A stretch of DNA of 64,000 nucleotides from Candidatus Nomurabacteria bacterium (GTDB lineage Bacteria > Patescibacteriota > Minisyncoccia > Phycocordibacterales > UBA5272): positions 114,436 through 178,435 of the forward strand of contig JBEIQD010000002.1 in NCBI GenBank assembly GCA_040376695.1, given 5' to 3'. The notes beneath the pieces were generated by a model. It had not been told where the DNA came from, made no database searches, and saw nothing but the letters and a program-made list of their open reading frames with translations. The position numbers and the translations under genes are program-made. The stretch's first letter is position 1, and each line of letters starts with the position of its first letter. This document shows, one piece after another, positions 10,401 through 18,024 of the stretch.

Positions 10401-10851
10401 CATGCTCCATATCAACAAAACGTCCAACTCGTGGAACAACTTTTTTCCATTCTTCTTCATACTGAAGAACAGAATTAAATGCATCTTGATTAAACTTATC
10501 AATTCCAAACGCCTCAATGTCTTTTTTTGAAGCAAGCCCTAATTTCTTTTCAATAAGATTTTCAATAGGAAGACCGTGACAATCCCAACCCCAAATACGA
10601 CGAACGGAGTTACCTTTCATTGTCTGATATCGAGGAATAGCATCCTTGATGGTTCCTGCGAGAATGTGTCCATGGTGAGGAAGCCCTGTAGCAAATGGTG
10701 GCCCATCATAAAAAGAGAACGATCCTTTGGGTATTTCACTTGCGGGATTTTCTACTGACTTTTCAAAGATTTTATTCTCTTGCCAGAAAAGAAGTGTTTC
10801 TTGCTCTTTCTCGTTTATGGTTTTTGGTTTAGGTAAAGTATTGTCAGACAT
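7411..10851 (-). CDS. ileS: isoleucyl-tRNA synthetase (type 2) with an inserted histidine-phosphatase (PGM-family) domain
   Basis: 1146 aa with HIGH (PHHGHILAG), a CP1 editing region, GLKLSKS, and a type-2 C-terminal domain. Between PLPVW and HRPYID it has ~225 aa instead of the ~40 in Thermus IleRS. The insert contains RHGE...SPLLRTEETA...VTHG. Confidence 0.9.
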   Translation of the reverse strand: MSDNTLPKPKTINEKEQETLLFWQENKIFEKSVENPASEIPKGSFSFYDGPPFATGLPHHGHILAGTIKDAIPRYQTMKGNSVRRIWGWDCHGLPIENLIEKKLGLASKKDIEAFGIDKFNQDAFNSVLQYEEEWKKVVPRVGRFVDMEHAYKTMDSTYTESIWWAWKTLYEKGLAYEGYKIMHICPRCETTLAQSEVGMEYHDVTDLSVTAKFELADEPGTYVLAWTTTPWTLPGNTALALCETAQYIKVSIEGMDGMYILANERKEDVLKDMKYEVKDMFLGSTLVGKSYKPVFPYFVDKEIDNKENIWKIWHADFITLDTGTGVAHEAPAFGAEDMDLAKLHRIPVIKHVKMDGTFTTEVIDFVGMKVKQKDDTQSADIEIIKYLAHNGKLFEKHKIIHSYPLCWRCKTPLLNYATSSWFVDVPKMKEKLLSENKNIGWTPSHIRDGRFGKWLEGAHEWAVSRSRYWGAPLPVWKNEAGDMKIIGSLKELAALNKNKPKNTYFAIRHGEAQSNINRVLDSYGDPHNHLTETGKEQARHAGHFAKEQGIDIIVYSPLLRTEETARIIKEMCGAESVFDKRLREFDTGIFSGTSVDEFHVRQRADFMDLDTKLPEGESHRDLMNRTMQVLHDCEKEYEGKKILFVTHGSPVWMLEAAAHLRTDEEIVADMMMHEDTSPAHAHVVPVHPQLVPRDETGAVNLHRPYIDEIELEIDGVTYKRIGDVFDCWFESGSMPFASLHYPFENKEIFEKNYPAEFIAEGLDQTRGWFYSLINLGVGLFDKAPYKHVIVNGLVMAESGLKLSKSDKNYTDPMELVEKYGADAMRYALLSSPVVKGENVLFTDKTVEDVYKKVISRLENVLSLYEMNREGVMEATINSTNVLDRWIISRVHEVVAKVTKGYDTYMLDEATYPIDQLIDDLSVWYVRRSRDRLKGDVSVEEKKQAYETLTYVLLTLSKVIAPVMPFVAERVYSVVGGEKESVHLEVWPQSFSVDTELLVTMKKVRELVTVALSLRTQAKIAVRQPLQKLTLKEKIGEEYVSTILDELNVKEISFDETQTEVCVLDTAVTDTLQAEGDVRNLMRAVQDARKDKGLTPKDSIVLNTEYMIPEQFKVLLMNTCRISSVEKGSGTYTAETSTGTIAFDIR

Positions 10852-11075
10852 AGATGTGTAAATAAATAAAACTCGTCCACAGAAAACAATGTATATTGTT
10901 TTCCAAGGACGAGTTTCATGTTTGAAATCGTGGTACCACCTTGTTTTTAGGATATTTCTATCCCCTCATTGATAGGTTCTACTTACATTCTACAGAATGT
11001 GTTCTTCCTGAAGCTCGGGGGTGATTGGTCCCGTCGTTGCTGTGACTTTATAATACCTCACTAATTGATAAAGGT
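10852..11075 (-). promoter_or_regulatory. T-box riboswitch leader (Ile-specific) with intrinsic terminator, upstream of ileS
   Basis: The minus-strand RNA contains AAACAAGGUGGUACCACG (T-box consensus) and a terminator hairpin AAACUCGUCC...GGACGAGUUUUAUUU just 5' of the ileS AUG. A candidate specifier is AUC-A in CCAAUCACCC. The UGGU acceptor-pairing box fits an A73 discriminator. Confidence 0.7.
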
Positions 11076-11085
11076 AAACAGGCAA

Positions 11086-12840
11086 TTACATCCGACTTGG
11101 GGCAACAATGCCGAGCGTATAGAGGCCGTGCGCCAAGATGTTTTTCGTAGCCGTTGCCAACATAACGTAATACGCACTTGTTTCTGCGTCCTCCTCATTC
11201 ACAATTTGTACACGTCCATACATATTGTTAAACGCACGAGTAAGTACAAGAAGGTGTTGAACGATGTGATGTGGACCCATGTCTTTGTACGCCTTCTGTA
11301 GCACTTGTGTATACCCAATGATAACTTGCTCAAGCTCACGTTCAGGGTGTTCTATTGCATAACTCTCAATTGAGATTCCTGCTTCTTCTGCTTTATCAAG
11401 CAACGCCGATAGTCTGGCATGTGTATATTGAAGATACGGCCCTGAATCACCTTCAAATGAAAGAGACTTCTCAAGATCAAAAATCATATCCTTTCCTGGG
11501 GCTGATTTAAGAATTGAAAACTTAATTGCTCCGACAGCGATATCATTGATGAGCTGTGCCTTCTGCCCCTCTCGCACTTTCATGTCTTCCAATCGCACAG
11601 CGATACGCTCACTTACTGTGGCGATGAGCTCTTCTGCAGGAATCACATTACCTTTTCGAGATGACATCTTCCCTTCTGGTAAACGAAGCATCCCGTGAGA
11701 AACATGAAGTAATTTATCAGCAAGTGGTTTATCTATCTGCTCAAATACCGCTTTCATCACTTTGAAATACTCATCGATTTCTTTTGCGGTCACAACAACA
11801 GAAAGAATAGAATCTGGAACGAGGAGATCTTTCTTGTAGGTATTACCCAGTTCCTTTGCTTCATACGTCGGAAGTCCTTGGGAGTTTATGAATACACGAG
11901 TATGCAATCCAACATCCTCACCCTTAAATACAACTGCTCCGTCTGACTCGTGGAAAACAGTACCGATATTCTCTTTAACAATTTGCGCGCCGTCTTTTCC
12001 AACCTCACTTTCAAAAATATAGTGATCAAACTGCGTTCCAAGTTTTTCATAGATCGTCTCAAAGTAATCAAGGCTCCACATTTTACCAAGGTCATATAAA
12101 CGATTTATTTCTGAATCCTTCTTTTCGAAAATCTTTTTGTTAATGTCTTTAAAGGCGTTCTTCTTATCTTCTAGCGTTGCAAACGTATAAAGTTCCTCAT
12201 CTGCAAACATGGTATTACCAAGAGCGTAACAAGCACCAAGAAATTGCACCTTATGCACTAGCGGAGTTTCTTCATTAAAGAAGACATCAATCTCTTTATT
12301 TTCATTCTCATGAGCAAGCTTCCACTGAATTCCAAAAATTGCCTGCGCAACATGCATACCAACATCTCCTTGGTAACACACACGGGTTACATCATGCCCT
12401 CCTGCTTCATAAATACGCGCGACTGATTCTCCAATTGCATTCGGTACAAGGTGTCCAATATGGAAAAGCTTGAATGGATTTGGGTCGGTATATTCAACAA
12501 TTACTTTTCCTTTTCCACCAACGTTAGTAATATCACTGAGCGCAACTGATTCTGCTTCATCAGTTCGTACATCATCTTTCAAAAAGAAATTAATAAATCC
12601 AGGTCCTGCCACTTCAGCTTTTTCTACAACATCTTCCAACTCGGTCATAAGTGTAGAAATAAGCTGCTCTGCAGTTTCCTTAGGAGATACGCCTGTTTGT
12701 TTTGAAAGAAGGAAAGCTACGTTTGTGGCGTAGTCACCATGAAGACTGTCTTCTGGCATATCCAAAGAAAAAGAAGGCTCAACCCCTTTTTCCTGACATA
12801 GTTCTGCAAGTGCGTCTTTGATGGTCTCGTACGAATTCAT
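11086..12840 (-). CDS. argS: arginyl-tRNA synthetase
   Basis: 584 aa with a HIGH motif (FHIGHLVPNAIG), a DALR anticodon-binding C-terminus, and a terminal ...RM. Confidence 0.9.
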   Translation of the reverse strand: MNSYETIKDALAELCQEKGVEPSFSLDMPEDSLHGDYATNVAFLLSKQTGVSPKETAEQLISTLMTELEDVVEKAEVAGPGFINFFLKDDVRTDEAESVALSDITNVGGKGKVIVEYTDPNPFKLFHIGHLVPNAIGESVARIYEAGGHDVTRVCYQGDVGMHVAQAIFGIQWKLAHENENKEIDVFFNEETPLVHKVQFLGACYALGNTMFADEELYTFATLEDKKNAFKDINKKIFEKKDSEINRLYDLGKMWSLDYFETIYEKLGTQFDHYIFESEVGKDGAQIVKENIGTVFHESDGAVVFKGEDVGLHTRVFINSQGLPTYEAKELGNTYKKDLLVPDSILSVVVTAKEIDEYFKVMKAVFEQIDKPLADKLLHVSHGMLRLPEGKMSSRKGNVIPAEELIATVSERIAVRLEDMKVREGQKAQLINDIAVGAIKFSILKSAPGKDMIFDLEKSLSFEGDSGPYLQYTHARLSALLDKAEEAGISIESYAIEHPERELEQVIIGYTQVLQKAYKDMGPHHIVQHLLVLTRAFNNMYGRVQIVNEEDAETSAYYVMLATATKNILAHGLYTLGIVAPSRM

Positions 12841-12867
12841 GCATCTATACTACCTTATTTGGGAATT

Positions 12868-12903
12868 AATAAAAAGAAAAACCAGCACAATGGCTGGTTT
12901 TTG
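12868..12903 (-). terminator. rho-independent terminator separating the GC-rich island from argS
   Basis: On the minus strand, aaaccagc-cattgt-gctggttt is followed by a T-run. Confidence 0.7.
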
Positions 12904-12915
12904 TATGCAAGCAAC

Positions 12916-13506
12916 TCAGCCTGCGACGGCGAGCTCTTTTTCAAGATGATGGGCAACAACATCCCGAAGCTTCTGTGAAGCTTCAATTGGATCAGTTGCA
13001 TCGATATACACGACCTCGGTCTTCCATGGAAGGAAACCTGTATTTAGGGCGCGGGCCACATTTCTGAAAGCCATACTCACCCGCTCATCAGCATCCTTGT
13101 GGGTGAAGATGATAAACAGTGTTGGTTTCCCAACAAGCTGTTCACGTCCGAAGGCAGCATGGAGCAAGCTTGATTCCCCAGGCGCCATTTCATGCCTCGC
13201 AAGAAGCGTGTATCCGAGCGAATCACAAATGACATGTTCGCCTCGCTCGAGCGCAGGACGAATAATCTGCGCTTCATGATCAATACGGAGCGCCCAAATG
13301 AGATGACGCTCAATCTCAGGAACGCTTGTTGCAGAATCTTCATGTAGGAGCGTTCGCAGTTTTTCCGCAAACGGTGTACCTCCTGGTTCGCGAGTCTGCA
13401 AGATATTATTTTCTCCAGTTCTCTTGGGTAAGTACTTGAGTACCGTGCAGGCATCGTTACCTGCCCTATCAACGACGCCAGCAATCACAATGAATTTTGG
13501 TTCCAT
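12916..13506 (-). CDS. thymidylate-kinase-like protein with degenerate P-loop (putative pseudokinase)
   Basis: 196 aa. The bacterial-type Tmk motif TREPGGT is conserved. The P-loop reads IVIAGVVDRAGNDA in place of IxxEGxDGxGKTT, so the Lys and Ser/Thr are replaced by Asn and Asp. GC is ~52%. Confidence 0.6.
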   Translation of the reverse strand: MEPKFIVIAGVVDRAGNDACTVLKYLPKRTGENNILQTREPGGTPFAEKLRTLLHEDSATSVPEIERHLIWALRIDHEAQIIRPALERGEHVICDSLGYTLLARHEMAPGESSLLHAAFGREQLVGKPTLFIIFTHKDADERVSMAFRNVARALNTGFLPWKTEVVYIDATDPIEASQKLRDVVAHHLEKELAVAG

Positions 13507-13636
13507 CAGAATCTCCTTGTTTAATAAAAGTACAATTTATACTTGCTCACACTAACACACAAAAATAACTATGTCGATGAAGCTCTATAGTAAAAGCCGA
13601 GTTCCACTACGTGGAACTCGGCTAGTTAATTACCTA

Positions 13637-14335
13637 TCAGATTTCAATGCCTTTTATTTGAAAGTGAGGCTTGATGTGCTTGAGCACTTCCAGATGGACA
13701 TCATCCCGTGACAGCTCGTGCTTGCCCTGGAGACATTCAACTACTTCCCACCCAAAGTGTTCAGCGTAAAAAATGCCACCCTCATGCCCCATGCGGACAT
13801 ACTCAGAATCACTTTCAACAGCATCAAGCTTGCTGCCGCCGCTATCAGAACGTTTTTGTGCCCGAGCACGAGAAAGCCAGAAAGGGATTTTGAGATAGAG
13901 CACGAACGCAGGCCTTGGAAGACCCATCGTTCCATACTCCAAATCGTAGAGCCACTTGCCATACCGCTCACGCTCTTCCGACGTACCAATCTTTCCACCT
14001 TGATGAAGCAGATTGGATTCGACATAGCGATCAAAGATCACAATGTCGTGTTCAGCAATGAGTCCCTCGAGATACTCTCGTGACTCACGCCGATCCATCG
14101 TGTACGGCAAACTCGCCGCATATGGATCAAGTTTCGCAAATTTGTACTTTGCGGCATCATCACCTTTCAGCGCTTCCCACAAAACCCAACCGCCCGTTGT
14201 CTCCTTGTAGCGAGGAAATGAAACACTTGCTACTTTGAAGCCTTTTGCCTCCAAGCTTTCCTTGAGGAGTTTGCTTTGTGTTTCCTTGCCTGCACCGTCA
14301 GAGCCTTCGATGGCAAGACTTATTTTTTTCGACAT
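13637..14335 (-). CDS. tmk: thymidylate kinase (type I/eukaryote-archaeal-like)
   Basis: Canonical P-loop ISLAIEGSDGAGKETQ, the DRY motif FDRYVESNLLHQGG, and a GLPRP lid. The start was set at MSKKISL. GC-rich. Confidence 0.75.
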   Translation of the reverse strand: MSKKISLAIEGSDGAGKETQSKLLKESLEAKGFKVASVSFPRYKETTGGWVLWEALKGDDAAKYKFAKLDPYAASLPYTMDRRESREYLEGLIAEHDIVIFDRYVESNLLHQGGKIGTSEERERYGKWLYDLEYGTMGLPRPAFVLYLKIPFWLSRARAQKRSDSGGSKLDAVESDSEYVRMGHEGGIFYAEHFGWEVVECLQGKHELSRDDVHLEVLKHIKPHFQIKGIEI

Positions 14336-14463
14336 CTCTTTCTCCTTCGCCCGCAGGCAGTAATATAAATGAACCTGCACCAAGGGTACAGGAAAGAAAG
14401 AGATGCCACAAACAAATAAAAAACAGGCACCGTCAAGGTGCCTGTTTGGAAAATTTCAGGCCA

Positions 14464-15822
14464 TTAAGCTTTCGCCACAATGTCCTGAGTGCCCCGCTTC
14501 ACATCAAACCGACCCATGTCGGATTCGTCGATGTAAACAGGGACGCCAATCTCACGGATCTGCTTGCCCATCTCTTGCGCTACTTCGCGGAGCGTAGGAT
14601 GAACAGTAGAACCAGAGCGAAGCTCCACAAGATACACCAAAGCCGGAAGGTCGCCTGTGACACGACAAGCAACTTGCTGCCCCATCGGAAGGTAGTACTG
14701 AAGGGCAGCTTCGCCATGATTGCTCACGTTTTGCTCCCACCAGTGCTTGATTTCCCTAACGAGCTTTTCCGCCTTCGCGCGAAGTTCAGGCCCCAACTGA
14801 TCAAGATACCAGTCCTGGAAACCGATATTCGGCGTCAACATTGGCATGCGCTGAATTACAGCACGTTGCCGTTGGATATCACGGAAAGATCCGAAATCGA
14901 GCGCAAACTCGAATTGGAGCGTCCCCGCTTCAGCCAAATGCTTCGGCAGTTCAGTCCGCGCTGGTCGCGAATTTATTGCCTCAGAATGTTCAAGCACAAG
15001 CTTGGCATCAAGCGTATTGCGGGTCAGGATTACTTCTTCCTTCCAATACATCGGCGAGAAATAGTAATCCTTTTCCATGCAAACTTCGCGATATGTCTCG
15101 CTTGCCGCATAACGCTTATGACCGAACGAATTCGGATGCGCCTGCTGCAAAGCTTTCTCGATCATGTTGGCAATGTCGTGTACTTCCGAAAGCGGGTGAG
15201 CTCGCAACCAGCCGAGCTTGTCCGCCGCTTGCCGCAGGTTACTTGTCCAGGCCAGGTTTGTTGCGGCGCCGGCAGGCAAAAATGCGCGAAGAATATCGAA
15301 CGCGCGGGCAGCGATCGCCTTTTCGTAGACAGCTTCCTTTTCTTCCGGCTGCATCGGATACCTTGCCTTCAACTCTTCCTTGAGTTGAGGCATGGCTTCG
15401 ATATAGAACTTGCGCAACCATTCCTGCGGATTCTCCTCAGGTGACAGCTCAAGAAGATTGATGAATACTGCGACTGCAAAGTCCTGGTACCGCGTTGAAA
15501 ATTCCTGGCCACAATAGAGAGCCCAATCCTGGATCGCCTTGGCAACCAGCATGGACACACCTTCGATAAAGATGGTTGTGTTGCCACAATCACCGATAGA
15601 TTTGTGTCCATAGCCAACGTAGTACTGAGCCATGAACTTGCCAGAGCCGACTTCTGCCAGCTTCTTCAGGTGTGCAAGCACTGATTGCGGTGACCGCGAA
15701 TAGAGCGCCTGGAGCATGGCCAAATCTTCGGCTGTGATGATCGCCCCGTCATAAAGGACGAGAACGAACGGACCTTTGGTTGGGTCACCTTGGGTGAAAT
15801 GTTTAAGTTGGCTGATGTCCAT
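14464..15822 (-). CDS. thyX: flavin-dependent thymidylate synthase ThyX, tandem-fused (two ThyX domains), with degenerate RHR motifs
   Basis: 452 aa. Both halves align to ThyX. The N-half reads YGHKS...FIEGVSMLVAKAIQDWAL...EFSTRY...LRAFLPAGAATNLAWTSNLRQAADKLGWLRAHPLSEVHDIANMI. The C-half reads FEFALDFGSFRDIQRQRAV...YLPMGQQVACRVTGDLPALVYLVELRSGSTVHPTLREVAQEM. RHR is lost in the N-half (DWA) and reads RQR in the C-half. Confidence 0.7.
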   Translation of the reverse strand: MDISQLKHFTQGDPTKGPFVLVLYDGAIITAEDLAMLQALYSRSPQSVLAHLKKLAEVGSGKFMAQYYVGYGHKSIGDCGNTTIFIEGVSMLVAKAIQDWALYCGQEFSTRYQDFAVAVFINLLELSPEENPQEWLRKFYIEAMPQLKEELKARYPMQPEEKEAVYEKAIAARAFDILRAFLPAGAATNLAWTSNLRQAADKLGWLRAHPLSEVHDIANMIEKALQQAHPNSFGHKRYAASETYREVCMEKDYYFSPMYWKEEVILTRNTLDAKLVLEHSEAINSRPARTELPKHLAEAGTLQFEFALDFGSFRDIQRQRAVIQRMPMLTPNIGFQDWYLDQLGPELRAKAEKLVREIKHWWEQNVSNHGEAALQYYLPMGQQVACRVTGDLPALVYLVELRSGSTVHPTLREVAQEMGKQIREIGVPVYIDESDMGRFDVKRGTQDIVAKA

Positions 15823-15902
15823 GAGGACCTCCTAAATATGGTTTAGATTGATGAAAAAACTACCGTACTCAATCCTACAGGTTTGTAGAAGTAAAAGCAA
15901 AA

Positions 15903-16322
15903 CTACTTTCCCGTACTTCCAAAACTCCCCGCTCCACGCTTAGTTTCAGAAAGAACTTCTGATTCTTCAACTTCCCACAGCTCAACTTTCTGAATAACCA
16001 TTTGTGCCACCTTGTCCCCTGACTCAAACGTATACGGCGTATCATTTAAATTATGAATTGGAATAAATAACTCTCCTCGATACCCAGAATCAAGAACACC
16101 TCCTAAGGTTTTAATTCCTTTTGATCCAAGAGATCCTTTATCCCAAGCAAATACGCAATATCCATCTGGTACTTCGTAGGCAATTCCTGTTGAAACCTTC
16201 ACTGTTGTATGTGGTGGAATAATTGTTTCTTCACAACAATAAATATCAAGACCTGCATCATCGTGATGGGCGCGAGTTGGAAGCTTTGCATTAACATGCA
16301 ATTTTTTCACTTTTAATTTCAT
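15903..16322 (-). CDS. dut: dUTP diphosphatase (trimeric dUTPase)
   Basis: Motifs AGLDIY, GVLDSGYRGE and RGAGSFGSTGK. Local GC is ~33-40%, unlike its neighbours. Confidence 0.9.
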   Translation of the reverse strand: MKLKVKKLHVNAKLPTRAHHDDAGLDIYCCEETIIPPHTTVKVSTGIAYEVPDGYCVFAWDKGSLGSKGIKTLGGVLDSGYRGELFIPIHNLNDTPYTFESGDKVAQMVIQKVELWEVEESEVLSETKRGAGSFGSTGK

Positions 16323-16344
16323 GTGTCTTCATTATACCAAAAAG

Positions 16345-16374
16345 AAAAAGCCCGCACCGAGGTGGGGGCTTTTG
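16345..16374 (-). terminator. intrinsic terminator between the dcd-like gene and dut
   Basis: On the minus strand, aagcccccacc-tc-ggtgcgggctt is followed by tttcttttt. Confidence 0.5.
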
Positions 16375-16378
16375 AAAA

Positions 16379-17428
16379 CTAAACGAAGTTCTTCGCAAGC
16401 TTGGGACCGCTTTGACCCTGATAAGAGCCTTTGTAAACGTCATGATTGTCGCCGCAGACATATTCGAAGCGCACCCGCGCAACGACTTGTCTATGCGTTA
16501 GCGTTAGCGGCTCCTGCACAGCCATTTCGCATGTGATTTCCCCTTTGAACCCTTGATCCACGAAACCGGCAAAGTTGTTGCGGGCTTCGATAATCCTTTC
16601 GTCCATTGGAGCGATTTCAGCAGTGATGTGCCCTGGCAAACAAAGACCTTCTTCAGTTGTTGTGATATAGAAGCGTTTTTCCTTCATGCCGATTTTCGAG
16701 TTCTCCACGAACAACGCCTTGAAAAACTCATCTTTCGGGTTCGGCTTGCTAAAAAAAGCTGGCCGATTGGTCTGCCTAGAAACATACGCAGCTGGACCAT
16801 TCACAGGTTTGAGATTCAAATGAAGGTATACCGATCCATCGCGATCAACGCGGAGGTTTTCGAATGAAATTGGTTTCCCTTCACGATCCACAATGAGAGG
16901 AGTTTTTTTGTGCTCCTCCTTAACCTGCTCTAGCGAAAGGCGTGTATCTTTGTTGAAAACACGCAACTGCGTGAGCTGATCACCTTCTGCAAAAACTCCA
17001 GGAAACGCCAAGCAACGGATCAAAGCCCACAATTCGCCACGATACCCTTTCGGGACCTGATCAAGACCAGGGTCTCCGTTCACCAAGACGCGGGTGTGAA
17101 CGAACTGACGACCAGTGGTCGAACGTGGATTTGCATACCCGTACAAATCTTCGGGAAGCTCGAGGCGTTCCTGAAGACGCGCAATGTAATGCAATCCAAC
17201 TTCGCAAGGATGTGAAGGGTGATGCATAGAAAACCCAACCTCCTTCATCATCGCCCAAACACTCTGACCCACAGAAGGTTGTTGAAAACTGTTCAAGCGA
17301 AACATTTCGCCTGTAAGACAGAGATTTAAAGAGCCAGGATTGAGTGCTTCGAGGTTGGCATTCTCGATGACTCCTTTTTCCATCAACCCTAAGAGCATAC
17401 TCTTAGGGAATGTGCCGAATTTTTTCAT
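16379..17428 (-). CDS. long-form dCTP deaminase-like protein (tandem dUTPase-fold, Pfam DCD/PF06559-like)
   Basis: 349 aa. The N-half reads RSTTGRQFVHTRVLVNGDPG...GELWAL (compare Dcd GRSSLARLG...HxTAxRIDPGWSG...LE). The C-half repeats the fold (FAGFVDQGFKGEITCEM). GC is ~50%. Confidence 0.55.
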   Translation of the reverse strand: MKKFGTFPKSMLLGLMEKGVIENANLEALNPGSLNLCLTGEMFRLNSFQQPSVGQSVWAMMKEVGFSMHHPSHPCEVGLHYIARLQERLELPEDLYGYANPRSTTGRQFVHTRVLVNGDPGLDQVPKGYRGELWALIRCLAFPGVFAEGDQLTQLRVFNKDTRLSLEQVKEEHKKTPLIVDREGKPISFENLRVDRDGSVYLHLNLKPVNGPAAYVSRQTNRPAFFSKPNPKDEFFKALFVENSKIGMKEKRFYITTTEEGLCLPGHITAEIAPMDERIIEARNNFAGFVDQGFKGEITCEMAVQEPLTLTHRQVVARVRFEYVCGDNHDVYKGSYQGQSGPKLAKNFV

Positions 17429-17496
17429 GAGACACCTCGTAATTGTTAGAACTTTTTACCCTTTCGGGACCTGGCATATAGCCTACGCTCCAAAAC

Positions 17497-17526
17497 AAAA
17501 AGCCGCAATATTGCGGCTTTTTGTTT
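17497..17526 (-). terminator. rho-independent terminator downstream of rplK
   Basis: aaaaagccgcaatattgcggcttttt. Confidence 0.75.
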
Positions 17527-17538
17527 TTATGGTGTAAA

Positions 17539-17952
17539 TTACTTTACTTTGATACCGATTGAACGAGCTGTTCCTTCGATAATCTTCATTGCCTGTTCTA
17601 CAGTGTGAGCAGTTAAGTCTTTCAACTTAATTTCAGCAATTTCACGAACTTTCTCAGGAGAGATTGTTCCAGCGTTACCTTTAGAGTTTCCTTTAGCAAC
17701 GTTTGCTGCCTTCATAACGAGAGATGTAGCAGTAGGAGTCTTGATAACGAAATCGTATGTTCGATCTTCGTACACATAAATCTTTACTGACATACGCCCT
17801 TGCTGTCCTTGAGTTGCAGCGTTGAACTTGTTAACGAAATCTCCAATCTGAACACCAGCCTGTCCAAGGGCAGGACCAAGTGGAGGAGCGGGAGTAGCTT
17901 TACCTGCTTCGATTTGCACCTTTACGTATTTTGTAATTTTCTTTGCTGCCAT
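17539..17952 (-). CDS. rplK: 50S ribosomal protein L11
   Basis: 137 aa: MAAKKI...VQIEAGKATPAPPLGPALGQ... Confidence 0.95.
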   Translation of the reverse strand: MAAKKITKYVKVQIEAGKATPAPPLGPALGQAGVQIGDFVNKFNAATQGQQGRMSVKIYVYEDRTYDFVIKTPTATSLVMKAANVAKGNSKGNAGTISPEKVREIAEIKLKDLTAHTVEQAMKIIEGTARSIGIKVK

Positions 17953-18024
17953 ATAAGTATCTGTTGTAAGTTTGGCTATTCTACCATTAAACTAATATCT
18001 TTTCAAGATGAGCTGACTGTGAGG

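Noticed and set aside
14278-15444. 388-aa plus-strand ORF, and several other 60-180-aa ORFs, inside the GC-rich island (e.g. 14841..15383, 13718..14083, 16553..16867)
   Set aside because: They lie antisense to well-supported Tmk, ThyX and Dcd-like genes. Their composition is Arg/Ala/Pro/Cys-rich low-complexity. Long antisense open frames are expected in high-GC DNA.
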